A DNA stretch of 64,000 nucleotides from Candidatus Gastranaerophilales bacterium. GTDB taxonomy: Bacteria > Cyanobacteriota > Vampirovibrionia > Gastranaerophilales > Gastranaerophilaceae. The first letter of the stretch is position 1. The number at the start of each line of letters is the position of its first letter. Position numbers and translations under genes: made by a program. The stretch spans positions 1,039-65,038 of the forward strand of contig CALURI010000013.1 in assembly GCA_944323135.1 (NCBI GenBank). The letters run 5' to 3'. The notes below the pieces were generated by a model that was not told the origin of the DNA, did not search any database, and saw only the letters and a program-made list of their open reading frames with translations. Below are positions 25,987-37,561 of the stretch, piece after piece.

Positions 25987-26688
25987 ATGAAAAGAGGAGC
26001 TTTTACTCTTGCAGAGGTTTTAATTACTCTCGGGGTAATTGGGGTTGTAGCTGCTATGACGATGCCTTCTTTAATTCAAGAGCATAGAGAAAAGGCTACG
26101 GTAGCTAAACTGAAAAAAGTATATTCAACGCTAAATAATGCTTTAATATTGAGTATTAATGAATACGGTCCTTTATCAGATTGGGGAATAACATCGGGTG
26201 ATATTGATAAATCCGGTTCAAATATGTTAGCATCGCGTCTTAAAGAAAATTTAATATCAGTAAAAGACTGTGAAAGTAATGGCGGATGTTTTGGACAAAA
26301 TGCTTATAAAACTCTTGGAAGTGCTAATGAAGCGTTTTCAGGGGATGCAAATAATTTTTCAACATTTGTATTATCTGATGGGACTGCTGTCGGTATTTGG
26401 GGAAGTACCGGATCGACATATGGTTCTATTATAGTCGATATAAACGGTAAAAAAGGTCCGAATACAACAGGTAAAGATGCATTTTGGTTTGCTATACGCG
26501 GTTCATCAATAGTTCCATACGGTATTAAAGATGAATTATCTTATAATAATACGTTTGAAAATTGTATAAATCCTGTTAGTGCTTATTATACTTCAAGAGG
26601 ATGTACTGCTTGGGTTATTTTTAATGAAAATATGGATTATTTACATTGCAAAGACTTAAGTTGGGATGGAAAAACAAGATGTAAATAA
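25987..26688 (+). CDS. Type IV pilin-like / pseudopilin protein
   Basis: MKRGA|FTLAEVLITLGVIGVVAAMTMPSLIQ, with RBS AGAGGA upstream of the ATG at 25987. The DINGKKGPNTTGKDAF motif is shared with the paralogues. Confidence 0.8.
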   Translation: MKRGAFTLAEVLITLGVIGVVAAMTMPSLIQEHREKATVAKLKKVYSTLNNALILSINEYGPLSDWGITSGDIDKSGSNMLASRLKENLISVKDCESNGGCFGQNAYKTLGSANEAFSGDANNFSTFVLSDGTAVGIWGSTGSTYGSIIVDINGKKGPNTTGKDAFWFAIRGSSIVPYGIKDELSYNNTFENCINPVSAYYTSRGCTAWVIFNENMDYLHCKDLSWDGKTRCK

Positions 26689-27204
26689 TTATTTTTGTAA
26701 AAATGTAATAAATTTATCACCGTATTTTTTTTGTTTGATTAATTCAAAATCAGAAAAATTGACATCTGTAACGTGTTCAAGGATTACGATTTTTGAGGAT
26801 ATATTTTTTATTGCATCAAGACTTTGTTCATAAATTCCTGAAAAATATGGCGGATCAATATATATTACATCATATTTATCCTGTAATGTCTTGGTGATTT
26901 TCAGGCTGTCTCCTATTATTAATTTTGGGGCGGGCGAAAAGTGTTTGAAATTTGATTTTATAATTTGAAAAGCTTTGGGATTTTTTTCGATAGCGCAGAC
27001 ATTTATAAATCCCCTTGAAATAGCTTCAAGCCCCATAATTCCTGAACCTGCATACATATCTAAAAAAGAACTTCCTTCAAAGTCAATTATTGCTTGCAAA
27101 GTATTAAAAATACTCATTCTGACCTTTGAAAGGGTTGGTCTTGTTATATTTTCATCAGGTACTGAAACCTTTTGCCCTTTAAATTTACCTGCTGTGATTA
27201 TCAT
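26689..27204 (-). CDS. rsmD: 16S rRNA (guanine966-N2)-methyltransferase RsmD
   Basis: RPT..KVR.SIFN, FLDMYAGSGIMGLEAISRG and IYIDPPY motifs. Confidence 0.8.
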   Translation of the reverse strand: MIITAGKFKGQKVSVPDENITRPTLSKVRMSIFNTLQAIIDFEGSSFLDMYAGSGIMGLEAISRGFINVCAIEKNPKAFQIIKSNFKHFSPAPKLIIGDSLKITKTLQDKYDVIYIDPPYFSGIYEQSLDAIKNISSKIVILEHVTDVNFSDFELIKQKKYGDKFITFLQK

Positions 27205-27271
27205 ATTAACTATTTTACAATGAATAAAATTTGGTGTATAGTTTTGATGTAGAATTTTATTTGGGGCTTTT

Positions 27272-28576
27272 ATGGAAAATCAGGAAAATAAAACAGAGGT
27301 TATAGTTGTCGGCGGCGGGCCTGCAGGAATTTCTTGCGCAATTACAATTGCAAGGGCTGGAAAACAGGTTGTGTTAATAGAAAGAGGCAAATTTTCGGGC
27401 AGCAAAAATGTTTTTGGCGGTGCAATTTATGCTCAGCCGACTCGTGAAATTTTCCCTGATTTTGAAAAAACAGCTCCCCTTGAGAGAAAAAATATAGAAC
27501 ATAAATATGCACTTTTAGGTGAAGATGATGCAACGGTTGTTTCTTATAAGAAAAAATCAGAAATTCCTGAAAGTTATACTGTTATAAGAGCAAAATTTGA
27601 CCGCTGGATGGCGGAAGAAGCTCAAAAAGAAGGTGTAATTCTTGCAGAAGAAACTGTTGTGAGAGAATTGATTGTCAAAGATGGTTTTGTTAAAGGCGTG
27701 AGAACGGAATTGGAAGATTATTACGCTGACATTGTTGTTTTGGCAGATGGAGTTAATTCTTTGCTTGCTAAACAAATTGGGCTTAGAGGTGCATTAAAGC
27801 CTGAAGATGTTGCATTGAGTGTTAAAGAGGTTATTAAGTTACCTGCTGAAAAAATAAATGACAGGTTTAATGTAAATGATGACGAGGGCTGTATTTATGA
27901 GATTTTTGGCGGGCCAATGCTCGGGATGCTCGGATTAGGATTTCTTTATACAAATAAAAATTCCGTAAGCATCGGGCTTGGTGTTACGTTAAGTGAATTA
28001 ATGGAAAAGGGTTTGAAACCGTATGAGCTTTTGGATAAATTAAAAAAACATCCTCAGATTGCACCTTTGATAAAAGACGGAGAATTATTGGAATACTCAG
28101 CACATTTAATACCTGAAGGCGGGTATAAAAAGGTTCCTCTGCTTTTTGGAGCAGGCGTTATGGTTTGCGGAGATGCTGCTATGTTTGTTAATAACATGCA
28201 TTGGGAAGGAACAAATCTTGCAATGATTTCCGGAAAGCTTGCAGGTGAAACTGCAGTTATTGCATTGGGTAAACAGGATTTTTCCGAAAATGCTCTTGCT
28301 CATTATCAAGAAGAACTTGAAGATTCATTTATTATCAAGGATTTGCGTACTTATAAGGATTTGATGAGCGGGGTTGGGGAAAGAGCAGAAGAATTTTTAG
28401 GGTACTATCCAAAGAAAATAAATTCTTTCTTTGAAATGTTTACATCTGTTGACAGCGTTCCAAAACGTGAAAAATACCATAAATTTATAAAAAGTATTTT
28501 TACGGACAGGAAAATAAGTTGTTTATTTAAAGATTTTTGGGCAGTCATTAAATTATTATGGAGTATTTTAAAATGA
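27272..28576 (+). CDS. fixC: FixC-type electron-transfer-flavoprotein:quinone oxidoreductase (FAD-dependent)
   Basis: N-terminal FAD fold VIVVGGGPAGISCA, 434 aa, followed by a 4-nt-overlapping fixX. Confidence 0.85.
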   Translation: MENQENKTEVIVVGGGPAGISCAITIARAGKQVVLIERGKFSGSKNVFGGAIYAQPTREIFPDFEKTAPLERKNIEHKYALLGEDDATVVSYKKKSEIPESYTVIRAKFDRWMAEEAQKEGVILAEETVVRELIVKDGFVKGVRTELEDYYADIVVLADGVNSLLAKQIGLRGALKPEDVALSVKEVIKLPAEKINDRFNVNDDEGCIYEIFGGPMLGMLGLGFLYTNKNSVSIGLGVTLSELMEKGLKPYELLDKLKKHPQIAPLIKDGELLEYSAHLIPEGGYKKVPLLFGAGVMVCGDAAMFVNNMHWEGTNLAMISGKLAGETAVIALGKQDFSENALAHYQEELEDSFIIKDLRTYKDLMSGVGERAEEFLGYYPKKINSFFEMFTSVDSVPKREKYHKFIKSIFTDRKISCLFKDFWAVIKLLWSILK

Positions 28577-28851
28577 GTGATTTAGAAGATAAGTTATATA
28601 CCGTAAAATATTCTCCCGACAGTATTTCTCATCTTCAGCCTGTTCAGGAGTGCTGCAGGGTATGCAAGTCAAAAATATGTACAGTTATTTGTCCGGCAGG
28701 TGTTTATGAATGGGATGACAACAAACAAAAACTTATTGTCAATTATGAAAATTGTCTTGAATGCGGTGCCTGCAGAATAGCTTGTGAAAGCTGTTCTCTT
28801 GGCTGGGAATATCCAAAAGGAACAAAGGGAGTAACATTTAAGCAGGGTTGA
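28573..28851 (+). CDS. fixX: FixX ferredoxin-like protein
   Basis: CxxCxxxxCxxxCP and CLECGACRIAC cysteine clusters. ATGA overlap with fixC. About 92 aa. Confidence 0.8.
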   Translation: MSDLEDKLYTVKYSPDSISHLQPVQECCRVCKSKICTVICPAGVYEWDDNKQKLIVNYENCLECGACRIACESCSLGWEYPKGTKGVTFKQG

Positions 28852-28920
28852 AGTACTTGACATAAATTGAAAAATTTAACATAATAATTTTATTGATTGC
28901 ATTATTTAATGGGAGGCATT

Positions 28921-29301
28921 ATGAAAGAAGAATACACAAATCAGCACAGACGTTGGTATGATAAAGATCCTGTTTTATCTCAGGCTGTAAATACCCTTGA
29001 AGAATCTGATGATGAAACTCAAATTAGAATAGCATTAAATCTTATCAAAATTATTATTGAACACAATATTGAAGATGAAAAATTTGAAGCTGTAGAAGAT
29101 ATTATTAATGCAGTCGGTTCAGGACTTGATGATAACAGAAAAGGCCGCTGGTACGATATAGATTCTACACTTAGAACTGCAATGAATATGTTACAGAGTT
29201 GTCCTGCAGATACACAAAAAATTATTGCAAAAGAAATGGCTGCAATGGTTTTAAATAAAATTAAAAAGGACGAAGATGCAGATAATAATGATGAAGATTA
29301 A
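28921..29301 (+). CDS. Hypothetical acidic protein with an internal two-fold repeat
   Basis: RBS GGGAGG. The repeat units are RRWYDKDPVLSQAVNTLEESDDETQIRIALNLIKII and GRWYDIDSTLRTAMNMLQSCPADTQKIIAKEMAAMV. Confidence 0.5.
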   Translation: MKEEYTNQHRRWYDKDPVLSQAVNTLEESDDETQIRIALNLIKIIIEHNIEDEKFEAVEDIINAVGSGLDDNRKGRWYDIDSTLRTAMNMLQSCPADTQKIIAKEMAAMVLNKIKKDEDADNNDED

Positions 29302-29326
29302 TCTCTAACGGATTATTATTACAAAT

Positions 29327-29365
29327 AAAAAGTCATTTAAAATAACAATTTTAAATGACTTTTTA
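29327..29365. terminator. Bidirectional terminator between convergent genes
   Basis: AAGTCATTTAA-10 nt loop-TTAAATGACTT flanked by an A-run and a T-run. Confidence 0.7.
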
Positions 29366-29369
29366 TTTG

Positions 29370-29930
29370 CTAAAGTTTAATTGTTCTCAGAATCATATAA
29401 TATCTGTAATTTCCCCAATAAAGAACGATTGAAATAAAATTATTTTCTAAATCAGTTGTTTCAAGATAAGTATTTGGGGCTGGTTTACGTTGAGAACTTC
29501 TTACATACTTACCGACAAAATCGTATAATTTAACCTGAAATTTTTGAGATGGAGTCAGTTTTGCTTTCGGAAGGTTTGCTTCATAAAATCCCATAGGCAC
29601 AATTTCTTTATTATAAGCAGGAATTATATATTTAATTTCACCTGCTTCTTTAAATAAAATGTACCAATTCCCTTCATGTTCTCTTGGAGTTAGAAGGTAA
29701 TATCCAGGTTCTATTGTAATGCTTTTAAAATATAAAGGCGATGTTAATCTGAACAGCGGATAAGGAGACCACGATGTATTTTGTACGTCATACATCTCGC
29801 CTGGGTCAATGTTATGTATATATGAAAAATCAGGAACGTCAAGATCTCTGTATATTTGTTCATGTTCCGATTCTGCATATACGCATAAGCCAAATAACAT
29901 TATGCTTAATATTAATAGAAACTTTTTCAT
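29370..29930 (-). CDS. Secreted hypothetical protein
   Basis: Signal peptide MKKFLLILSIMLFGLCVYA. 186 aa. No confident family. Confidence 0.5.
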   Translation of the reverse strand: MKKFLLILSIMLFGLCVYAESEHEQIYRDLDVPDFSYIHNIDPGEMYDVQNTSWSPYPLFRLTSPLYFKSITIEPGYYLLTPREHEGNWYILFKEAGEIKYIIPAYNKEIVPMGFYEANLPKAKLTPSQKFQVKLYDFVGKYVRSSQRKPAPNTYLETTDLENNFISIVLYWGNYRYYMILRTIKL

Positions 29931-30009
29931 ATTTTTTATTTTAATGATTTGATTAAAAAATGCAAGTTTTTTTATGGTAAAATATTCTTACTTATTTATG
30001 GAGGTAAAA

Positions 30010-30846
30010 ATGCTTACAGGACCTTTTTTAGATAGAAATTGGATAGGACAAAATCCTGATTTTAATTCGTCTGATATTATAATGCTCGGACTGCCTTTTG
30101 ACGGCACTGTATCATACAGATCAGGCTCAAGATTTGCTCCTGAACAAATAAGGCTTGCGAGCTGGGGATTGGAAGATTATTCTCCGATATTTGACAAACA
30201 TTTGGAAGATGTGAATTTTCATGATGCGGGTGATTTGGAATTCCCTCTTGGTAACACTTACAAATCTCTTGATTTAATAGAAAAGAATGTTGAAGAAATA
30301 TATAAATATGGTAAAAGAGTTTTTGGTATAGGTGGAGAACATCTTGTAACTTTGCCTGAAATAAAAGCTGTTTCGCGATTTTATAAAGATTTTGCCGTAG
30401 TTCATTTTGATGCGCATACGGATTTGAGAGAAGAATATTTGGGCGAAGAAATGTCTCATTCTGCAGTTATCCGTCACGTTTCCAAGATTGTAGGGGCTGA
30501 AAATATTAAGCAAATCGGTATTCGTTCAGGCATGAAAGAAGAATGGGAATTTATGAAAGAGCATAATACTCTTATTTCTGAATATTCAGGGCTTGATGTA
30601 TTTAAAAATAAAAAGATTTTTGTAACTGTTGATTTAGATGTTCTTGATCCTTCCGTTATGCCTGGTACAGGGACTCCTGAAAGCGGCGGTATGCAATTTA
30701 ATGAACTTATCGGGTGGTTTAAGTATTTGAAAAATTTTGATATAATAGGTGCTGATGTTGTTGAACTTGCTCCTGATTACGATTCATCAGGTGTGTCAAC
30801 AGCAGTGGCAACAAAAGTTATTAGAGAATTATTAATGATTATGTAG
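30010..30846 (+). CDS. speB: Agmatinase (arginase/ureohydrolase family)
   Basis: GGEHLVT, HFDAHTDLR and DLDVLDP metal-binding motifs. RBS GGAGG lies before the ATG at 30010. Confidence 0.85.
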   Translation: MLTGPFLDRNWIGQNPDFNSSDIIMLGLPFDGTVSYRSGSRFAPEQIRLASWGLEDYSPIFDKHLEDVNFHDAGDLEFPLGNTYKSLDLIEKNVEEIYKYGKRVFGIGGEHLVTLPEIKAVSRFYKDFAVVHFDAHTDLREEYLGEEMSHSAVIRHVSKIVGAENIKQIGIRSGMKEEWEFMKEHNTLISEYSGLDVFKNKKIFVTVDLDVLDPSVMPGTGTPESGGMQFNELIGWFKYLKNFDIIGADVVELAPDYDSSGVSTAVATKVIRELLMIM

Positions 30847-30884
30847 CTTTTCATTATAATTTTGTTAAAAAATTACCCGTGTAA

Positions 30885-32876
<1,992 letters not shown>

Positions 32877-32881
32877 GATTT

Positions 32882-33307
32882 ATGAAGAGAAAAACTAGAA
32901 TTATACAAATATCAGGAATACGCGGGCTTTTTTTAGCAATATTTATTGTATCTTGTCTCGGAGCAGGATTTATTTTGTTCCCCGGAATTATTGCTATGAA
33001 AGCGTGGAATTTGGCGGCATCTTATATTGCGCTCCCTTTGATTAATGTTTATCAGGGGTTGCTTTTGTGGGCAATTGTAGCTATTTCAATATTTATTATA
33101 AATGACAGAAAAAAATTCCTGGTTGCTCTCAAAACCCCTGACAGATTGAGTGATAGTGAGATGAAATCTCTTTTGGAACGTATGAAAATTCAATCTCAGA
33201 CTCATGCTATAAATTCAATGATACTAAAATCAGGTGAAATAAAATCTGCAGATAAAAAGATAGATAACTCTGAAGAAAAAACAGAAAAAGAAAAGGAGAA
33301 TGTATGA
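32882..33307 (+). CDS. Hypothetical membrane protein
   Basis: Two or three predicted TM helices, then a charged tail. ATGA overlap with the next gene. Confidence 0.5.
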   Translation: MKRKTRIIQISGIRGLFLAIFIVSCLGAGFILFPGIIAMKAWNLAASYIALPLINVYQGLLLWAIVAISIFIINDRKKFLVALKTPDRLSDSEMKSLLERMKIQSQTHAINSMILKSGEIKSADKKIDNSEEKTEKEKENV

Positions 33308-34047
33308 AGAAGGTTTTGTTATCAATTACGGTACTAAGCTTGCTTTTAGGTTGTGCGTCTTTGTCAACGCAAGCTGTATCTGATGCCATTGAAAGAGGTT
33401 ATATTTCCGTGAATACTTCTGCAAATACGGAATTAACTCCCGATATTGCAGATATTTCCATTGCAGTAAGAACTTATGACTCAAAATCTTTGCAAAAAGC
33501 TACTACTGAAAATAAAGAAATATCACAAAAGGTTTTATCTTCATTAAAAACTATGATTAATCCTTTGCAGGGAGATTATGTTAAAACAATGGATTTTAGC
33601 GCATCTCCTATATATTCATATTCAGGAAGTAAAAGAAATTTTGATAAGTATGAAGTATCAAATACTGTAATTATTCATACAAAATCTATAGAAAATGTAG
33701 GAGCAATGATTGATAAAGCTATATCTTTAGGAGCAACAAATGTTAATAATTTAGCCTTATCAGTATCAAATTATGATGATGAATGTAATGAATTACTTGT
33801 AACAGCTACAAAAAAAGCTCAAACACGTGCTAATTTGCTTGCAAAATCTGCATCAACAACTATTACCGGTGTTCGCTCAATGAATGTAAGTTGCAGCGCA
33901 AATAATTCAGTTACACCGCAATATCGTATGTTAGCAGCTAATTTTGACAGTGCTGAAATGTCACAGGCTAAAGAAGCTTCTACTTCAATTGAAAAAGGAA
34001 TAGTAAAAATTTATGCAAATGTAAGTGCTACATTTTTTGTAAAATAA
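33304..34047 (+). CDS. SIMPL/DUF541-domain periplasmic lipoprotein
   Basis: Lipobox LLLGC. The pattern ISVNTSANTELTPDIADISIAV...KATTENKE is typical of the 26-kDa periplasmic immunogenic protein family. Confidence 0.7.
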   Translation: MKKVLLSITVLSLLLGCASLSTQAVSDAIERGYISVNTSANTELTPDIADISIAVRTYDSKSLQKATTENKEISQKVLSSLKTMINPLQGDYVKTMDFSASPIYSYSGSKRNFDKYEVSNTVIIHTKSIENVGAMIDKAISLGATNVNNLALSVSNYDDECNELLVTATKKAQTRANLLAKSASTTITGVRSMNVSCSANNSVTPQYRMLAANFDSAEMSQAKEASTSIEKGIVKIYANVSATFFVK

Positions 34048-34097
34048 TGAATACAGTTAATTTTATAATTATTGAATAAAATAATTTTACAAATTTT

Positions 34098-34130
34098 AAA
34101 AATCATCCCAATTTATGAGATGATTTTTTT
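34098..34130 (+). terminator. Rho-independent terminator
   Basis: AAATCATC-loop-GATGATTT followed by a T-run. Confidence 0.7.
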
Positions 34131-34137
34131 CTAAATA

Positions 34138-34146
34138 TGTTATGAT
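34138..34146 (+). promoter_or_regulatory. Extended -10 element (TGTTATGAT) of a pilin-like gene
   Basis: AAATATGTTATGAT context shared with 904 and 25808. RBS GGAGG and the ATG at 34171 follow. Confidence 0.5.
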
Positions 34147-34170
34147 TTTAAAAAAATTATGGAGGTTTGA

Positions 34171-34899
34171 ATGTTAAGGTTTAATTGTCAAGAAAAATAT
34201 GCTTTTACTCTTGCAGAGGTTCTGGTTACATTAGGTATTTTGGGTGTTGTGGCTGCTATGACGATGCCTACTTTAGTCGGGAATTATCAAAAAAGAGCTT
34301 ATGTAACACAGTTAAGTAAAGTTTATAATGAACTTCAGCAAGCTGCTTTAAAATATAAAAATAATAAGAATGCCATAAATTTAAGAGAAGCCGGATTAAC
34401 TTCTCAAGCTGAAATAAAAAACTTTTTATATGATAATTTTAAAGTAGTATCAGATTGTGGTTCTACTGTAAAAGAGCCCTGTTTTTCTTCAAAATATACT
34501 GATTTAAAAGGCAATTCTCATAATGCTAATGATTCTTGGGGAGCTGCTTCTAGTGTTACTTTGGCAAGTGGTGTGAGCATTATATTGGATTACCCTGCAT
34601 ATTATACAAAAACTGTTAACGGAGTTACCTCTTATCACGGGCATATGGTTATTGATGTTAATGGTATAAAAGGTCCAAATAAAGGCGGTAGAGATATATT
34701 TCTTGCAGAATTTTATGATGACGGTTCTATAGATGTTGAAGGTGCAACGCCTGAATGTAAAAATCAAGGAATCTGTGAAGGAAATAAAAGTTTAAAAGAA
34801 ATCAGAGAAGCTTACTATAATGCTAATTGCAGAACTGCAAGATATGGAACAGGTTGTATCGGCAAAATTATAAATGATAACTGGGAAATGAATTATTAA
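34171..34899 (+). CDS. Type IV pilin-like / pseudopilin protein (close paralogue of 937-1668)
   Basis: MLRFNCQEKYA|FTLAEVLVTLGILGVVAAMTMPTLVGNYQK and C-terminal GKIINDNWEMNY. Confidence 0.8.
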   Translation: MLRFNCQEKYAFTLAEVLVTLGILGVVAAMTMPTLVGNYQKRAYVTQLSKVYNELQQAALKYKNNKNAINLREAGLTSQAEIKNFLYDNFKVVSDCGSTVKEPCFSSKYTDLKGNSHNANDSWGAASSVTLASGVSIILDYPAYYTKTVNGVTSYHGHMVIDVNGIKGPNKGGRDIFLAEFYDDGSIDVEGATPECKNQGICEGNKSLKEIREAYYNANCRTARYGTGCIGKIINDNWEMNY

Positions 34900-34916
34900 A
34901 AATGAAATTACAGTTT

Positions 34917-35717
34917 TTAATTTATAATAAGGAACGATTTTACACTTCGTCCTGCACCGTCACCAACTGAAGTTACGCTGTATTTGTTAAGGTAATTCAT
35001 AGATGTTGAACTCCCTCCATCAAAAGCCATAGCCCTATCCCAGCCAAGACTTTTTACATAATCATGTACTTCATACATGTCCATAGGGTGTTTGTCTGTT
35101 ATTATTAAGATGTGTGCATCATCACCCTTTAAGCCTATTATTGTTCTTGCTGTTTTATGAAGAACTGAGCAGCTTTCTCTTATAACTTCACCGTCTTTTT
35201 TAGTTATAAATCCCTCTTCTTCCAACCTTAATTGCGGGTATATAAGCGGTCCGCCTTGAGCTGAGGTTATAATGTTGCAGCCGAAATCTACTGAGCTCTT
35301 ATGAGGAACAATTTCATAATGAAATTTTCTGTTGTCACATTCAACTACCCTAAATTCTGTTCTATTGATAATTTTATCCAAATTTTTCATTAAATATGGG
35401 TTTCTTAAAAGATTTTCGTTAACCAAAGGGTCATCTACGGTATTTCTGTCGCTTACGATATATGATATTGATTTTTGATTTTCCGGATCGAAATACCCTG
35501 CATTAACCGTTAATTTTGCTTTTGCACGATTATGAGCTTCTTTGGCAGTAATTAGGCTTTCTGAACTTATAAATTTTACGTGACGTTTTATTTTATCACC
35601 TTTTAATACAATATGATATATTCCGTCATTGTATGTAACATCAATCGGCGGAACTCCCGCATTTACAATATTCACTGTGATAAGTAATGTTGTAATTAAA
35701 AATATTATTTTTTTCAT
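34917..35717 (-). CDS. Phosphodiester glycosidase (NAGPA/DUF2233) family protein
   Basis: Signal peptide. The NAGYFD... and AMAFDGGSSTSM motifs are typical of the family. Confidence 0.6.
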   Translation of the reverse strand: MKKIIFLITTLLITVNIVNAGVPPIDVTYNDGIYHIVLKGDKIKRHVKFISSESLITAKEAHNRAKAKLTVNAGYFDPENQKSISYIVSDRNTVDDPLVNENLLRNPYLMKNLDKIINRTEFRVVECDNRKFHYEIVPHKSSVDFGCNIITSAQGGPLIYPQLRLEEEGFITKKDGEVIRESCSVLHKTARTIIGLKGDDAHILIITDKHPMDMYEVHDYVKSLGWDRAMAFDGGSSTSMNYLNKYSVTSVGDGAGRSVKSFLIIN

Positions 35718-35720
35718 AAT

Positions 35721-36836
35721 TTATAAATCCTTTGATTTGTAAAAACCTATTATAGCACAAAGAAATGCAACCGGAGGGAATATTGCGGTTATTAAAGGAG
35801 GTAAAACCCCTTTTTCTGCCAAAAGATCGAAAAATGGCAGAGTTATATAGTATAAGAATATACAGCCTATTGCAATTGTAAATCCGACCAATCTTTGTTC
35901 TCTCGGTTTGCTAAAACCAAGCAATGCTCCCATTATTGCAAGAAGCACACATACAAATGGGTGGAAAAATCTTTGCAGATATTTATTCAGCATGTATCTG
36001 TATTCTTCATCAAGTCCTTCTTGTTTTAAAAGTTTTATATAGTTGTGTAAATCGTGATTGTTAATTTCACGTTCTTTTTTTACGGAATATGTCATAAGCG
36101 TGAAAGCATTTTTAGCTGATTCTCCTTGTAGAATATCCATTTTGGGTAATTTTTCTATTTCTAAAAATATGCCGTCATTTGAAATATTATATCTTGTTAT
36201 ATTGTATAATTCCCACTTGTCAGGGAAATTTTTTCCTGTTTTTGCGTAGTAAATATTTTGGAGTTGGTGAACATCTGAATATTCTTTAGGAGAAAAATCT
36301 AAAACTATAACATTATACATAGTATCTTTAGAAAATTTTGAAACAACAACTGCTATTGTGGGTACATTATTTTTATCTTTTTGAGTGTAAATATATTGTG
36401 TTGAAATATACCCGCCTTTTAAAGCAACAGCTTTATTAACAGAATATGGAATAAGCTTATCACATGTTACAAAACACATCCAAGTAACAATAAGACTTAA
36501 TGCCAGAACAGGAGCTATAATTCTGTGGAATGAGAGTCCTACGGCTCTAAAAATTGTAAGTTCAGAATCTTTGCTCAGTTTATCGAACGTAAAAAGAGTA
36601 CCAAGAAGCAATCCGACAGGAAATGCTTTCCCAAGAATTTTAGGCAGCTCATAAAATATAACAAGTATTGCTGTTTTAACCCCGAATTCTCCGGCTAATG
36701 TTTTTTTAATGGTATTTAAAAGCATTTCAGGAGCAATCCAAACAACAGTAAACAGTAGTATCGCAACAAAAGTTGCCATTAAAACCTGCGAAAAAATATA
36801 TCTGTCATAAATAGTAATTTTTGGAAAAAGTTTCAT
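35721..36836 (-). CDS. LptF/LptG-family LPS export permease (YjgP/YjgQ)
   Basis: 371-aa polytopic protein with a central periplasmic domain. It lies immediately downstream of lptB with a 1-nt overlap. Confidence 0.8.
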   Translation of the reverse strand: MKLFPKITIYDRYIFSQVLMATFVAILLFTVVWIAPEMLLNTIKKTLAGEFGVKTAILVIFYELPKILGKAFPVGLLLGTLFTFDKLSKDSELTIFRAVGLSFHRIIAPVLALSLIVTWMCFVTCDKLIPYSVNKAVALKGGYISTQYIYTQKDKNNVPTIAVVVSKFSKDTMYNVIVLDFSPKEYSDVHQLQNIYYAKTGKNFPDKWELYNITRYNISNDGIFLEIEKLPKMDILQGESAKNAFTLMTYSVKKEREINNHDLHNYIKLLKQEGLDEEYRYMLNKYLQRFFHPFVCVLLAIMGALLGFSKPREQRLVGFTIAIGCIFLYYITLPFFDLLAEKGVLPPLITAIFPPVAFLCAIIGFYKSKDL

Positions 36837-37561
36837 TACAGAGCAAAATCCTTTCCTAAATAAAATTCTTTTGCCACAGGGTCATTTGCAACATCAACAC
36901 TTTTCCCTTGAATCTTAATTTTTCCGTCAAAAATTACATAAGCTCTGTCTGTAATAGAAAGAGTTGCTTTAGGGTTGTGGTCTGTAATTAATACTCCCAA
37001 GCCTTTTTCTTTAGAAATTTTTCTAATATTATCTTTAATATCGCCGATTGCAATAGGGTCAATACCTGCAAATGGTTCGTCTAATAACATAAAATCAGGA
37101 CTGGCTGCTAATGCACGCGCAATTTCTACTCTTCTTCTTTCTCCGCCGGAAAGTGAAACTGCAGCATAAGAACGTAATTTTAATATGCCAAATTCAGTTA
37201 AGAGTTCTTCTAACTTCTTTTTTTTCTCATTAACTGTAAGTTTGTCATTCATTTCCAAAACAAGTTTTATATTATCTTCAACAGATAATTTTCGGAAAAT
37301 TGATGCTTCCTGCGGGAGATATCCTATACCTGCTTTTGCACGTTCATTCATCGGCCAAGCGGAAATATCTTCTCCATCAAGGAATATGTGTCCTTTATTT
37401 GGTTTTACAAGTCCAACTACCATATAAAATGTGGTAGTTTTTCCTGCTCCGTTTGGACCTAAAAGACAGACAACTTCACCTTTGTTTATATCAAAAGTAA
37501 CGTCATTTACAACGCTTCTGTCTCCGTATATTTTTATAAGGTTTTTAGCTTCAATCCTCAT
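36836..37561 (-). CDS. lptB: LPS export ABC transporter ATP-binding protein LptB
   Basis: Walker A GPNGAGKTT, signature LSGGERRRVEIARAL, Walker B FMLLDEPFAGIDP. 241 aa. Confidence 0.9.
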   Translation of the reverse strand: MRIEAKNLIKIYGDRSVVNDVTFDINKGEVVCLLGPNGAGKTTTFYMVVGLVKPNKGHIFLDGEDISAWPMNERAKAGIGYLPQEASIFRKLSVEDNIKLVLEMNDKLTVNEKKKKLEELLTEFGILKLRSYAAVSLSGGERRRVEIARALAASPDFMLLDEPFAGIDPIAIGDIKDNIRKISKEKGLGVLITDHNPKATLSITDRAYVIFDGKIKIQGKSVDVANDPVAKEFYLGKDFAL

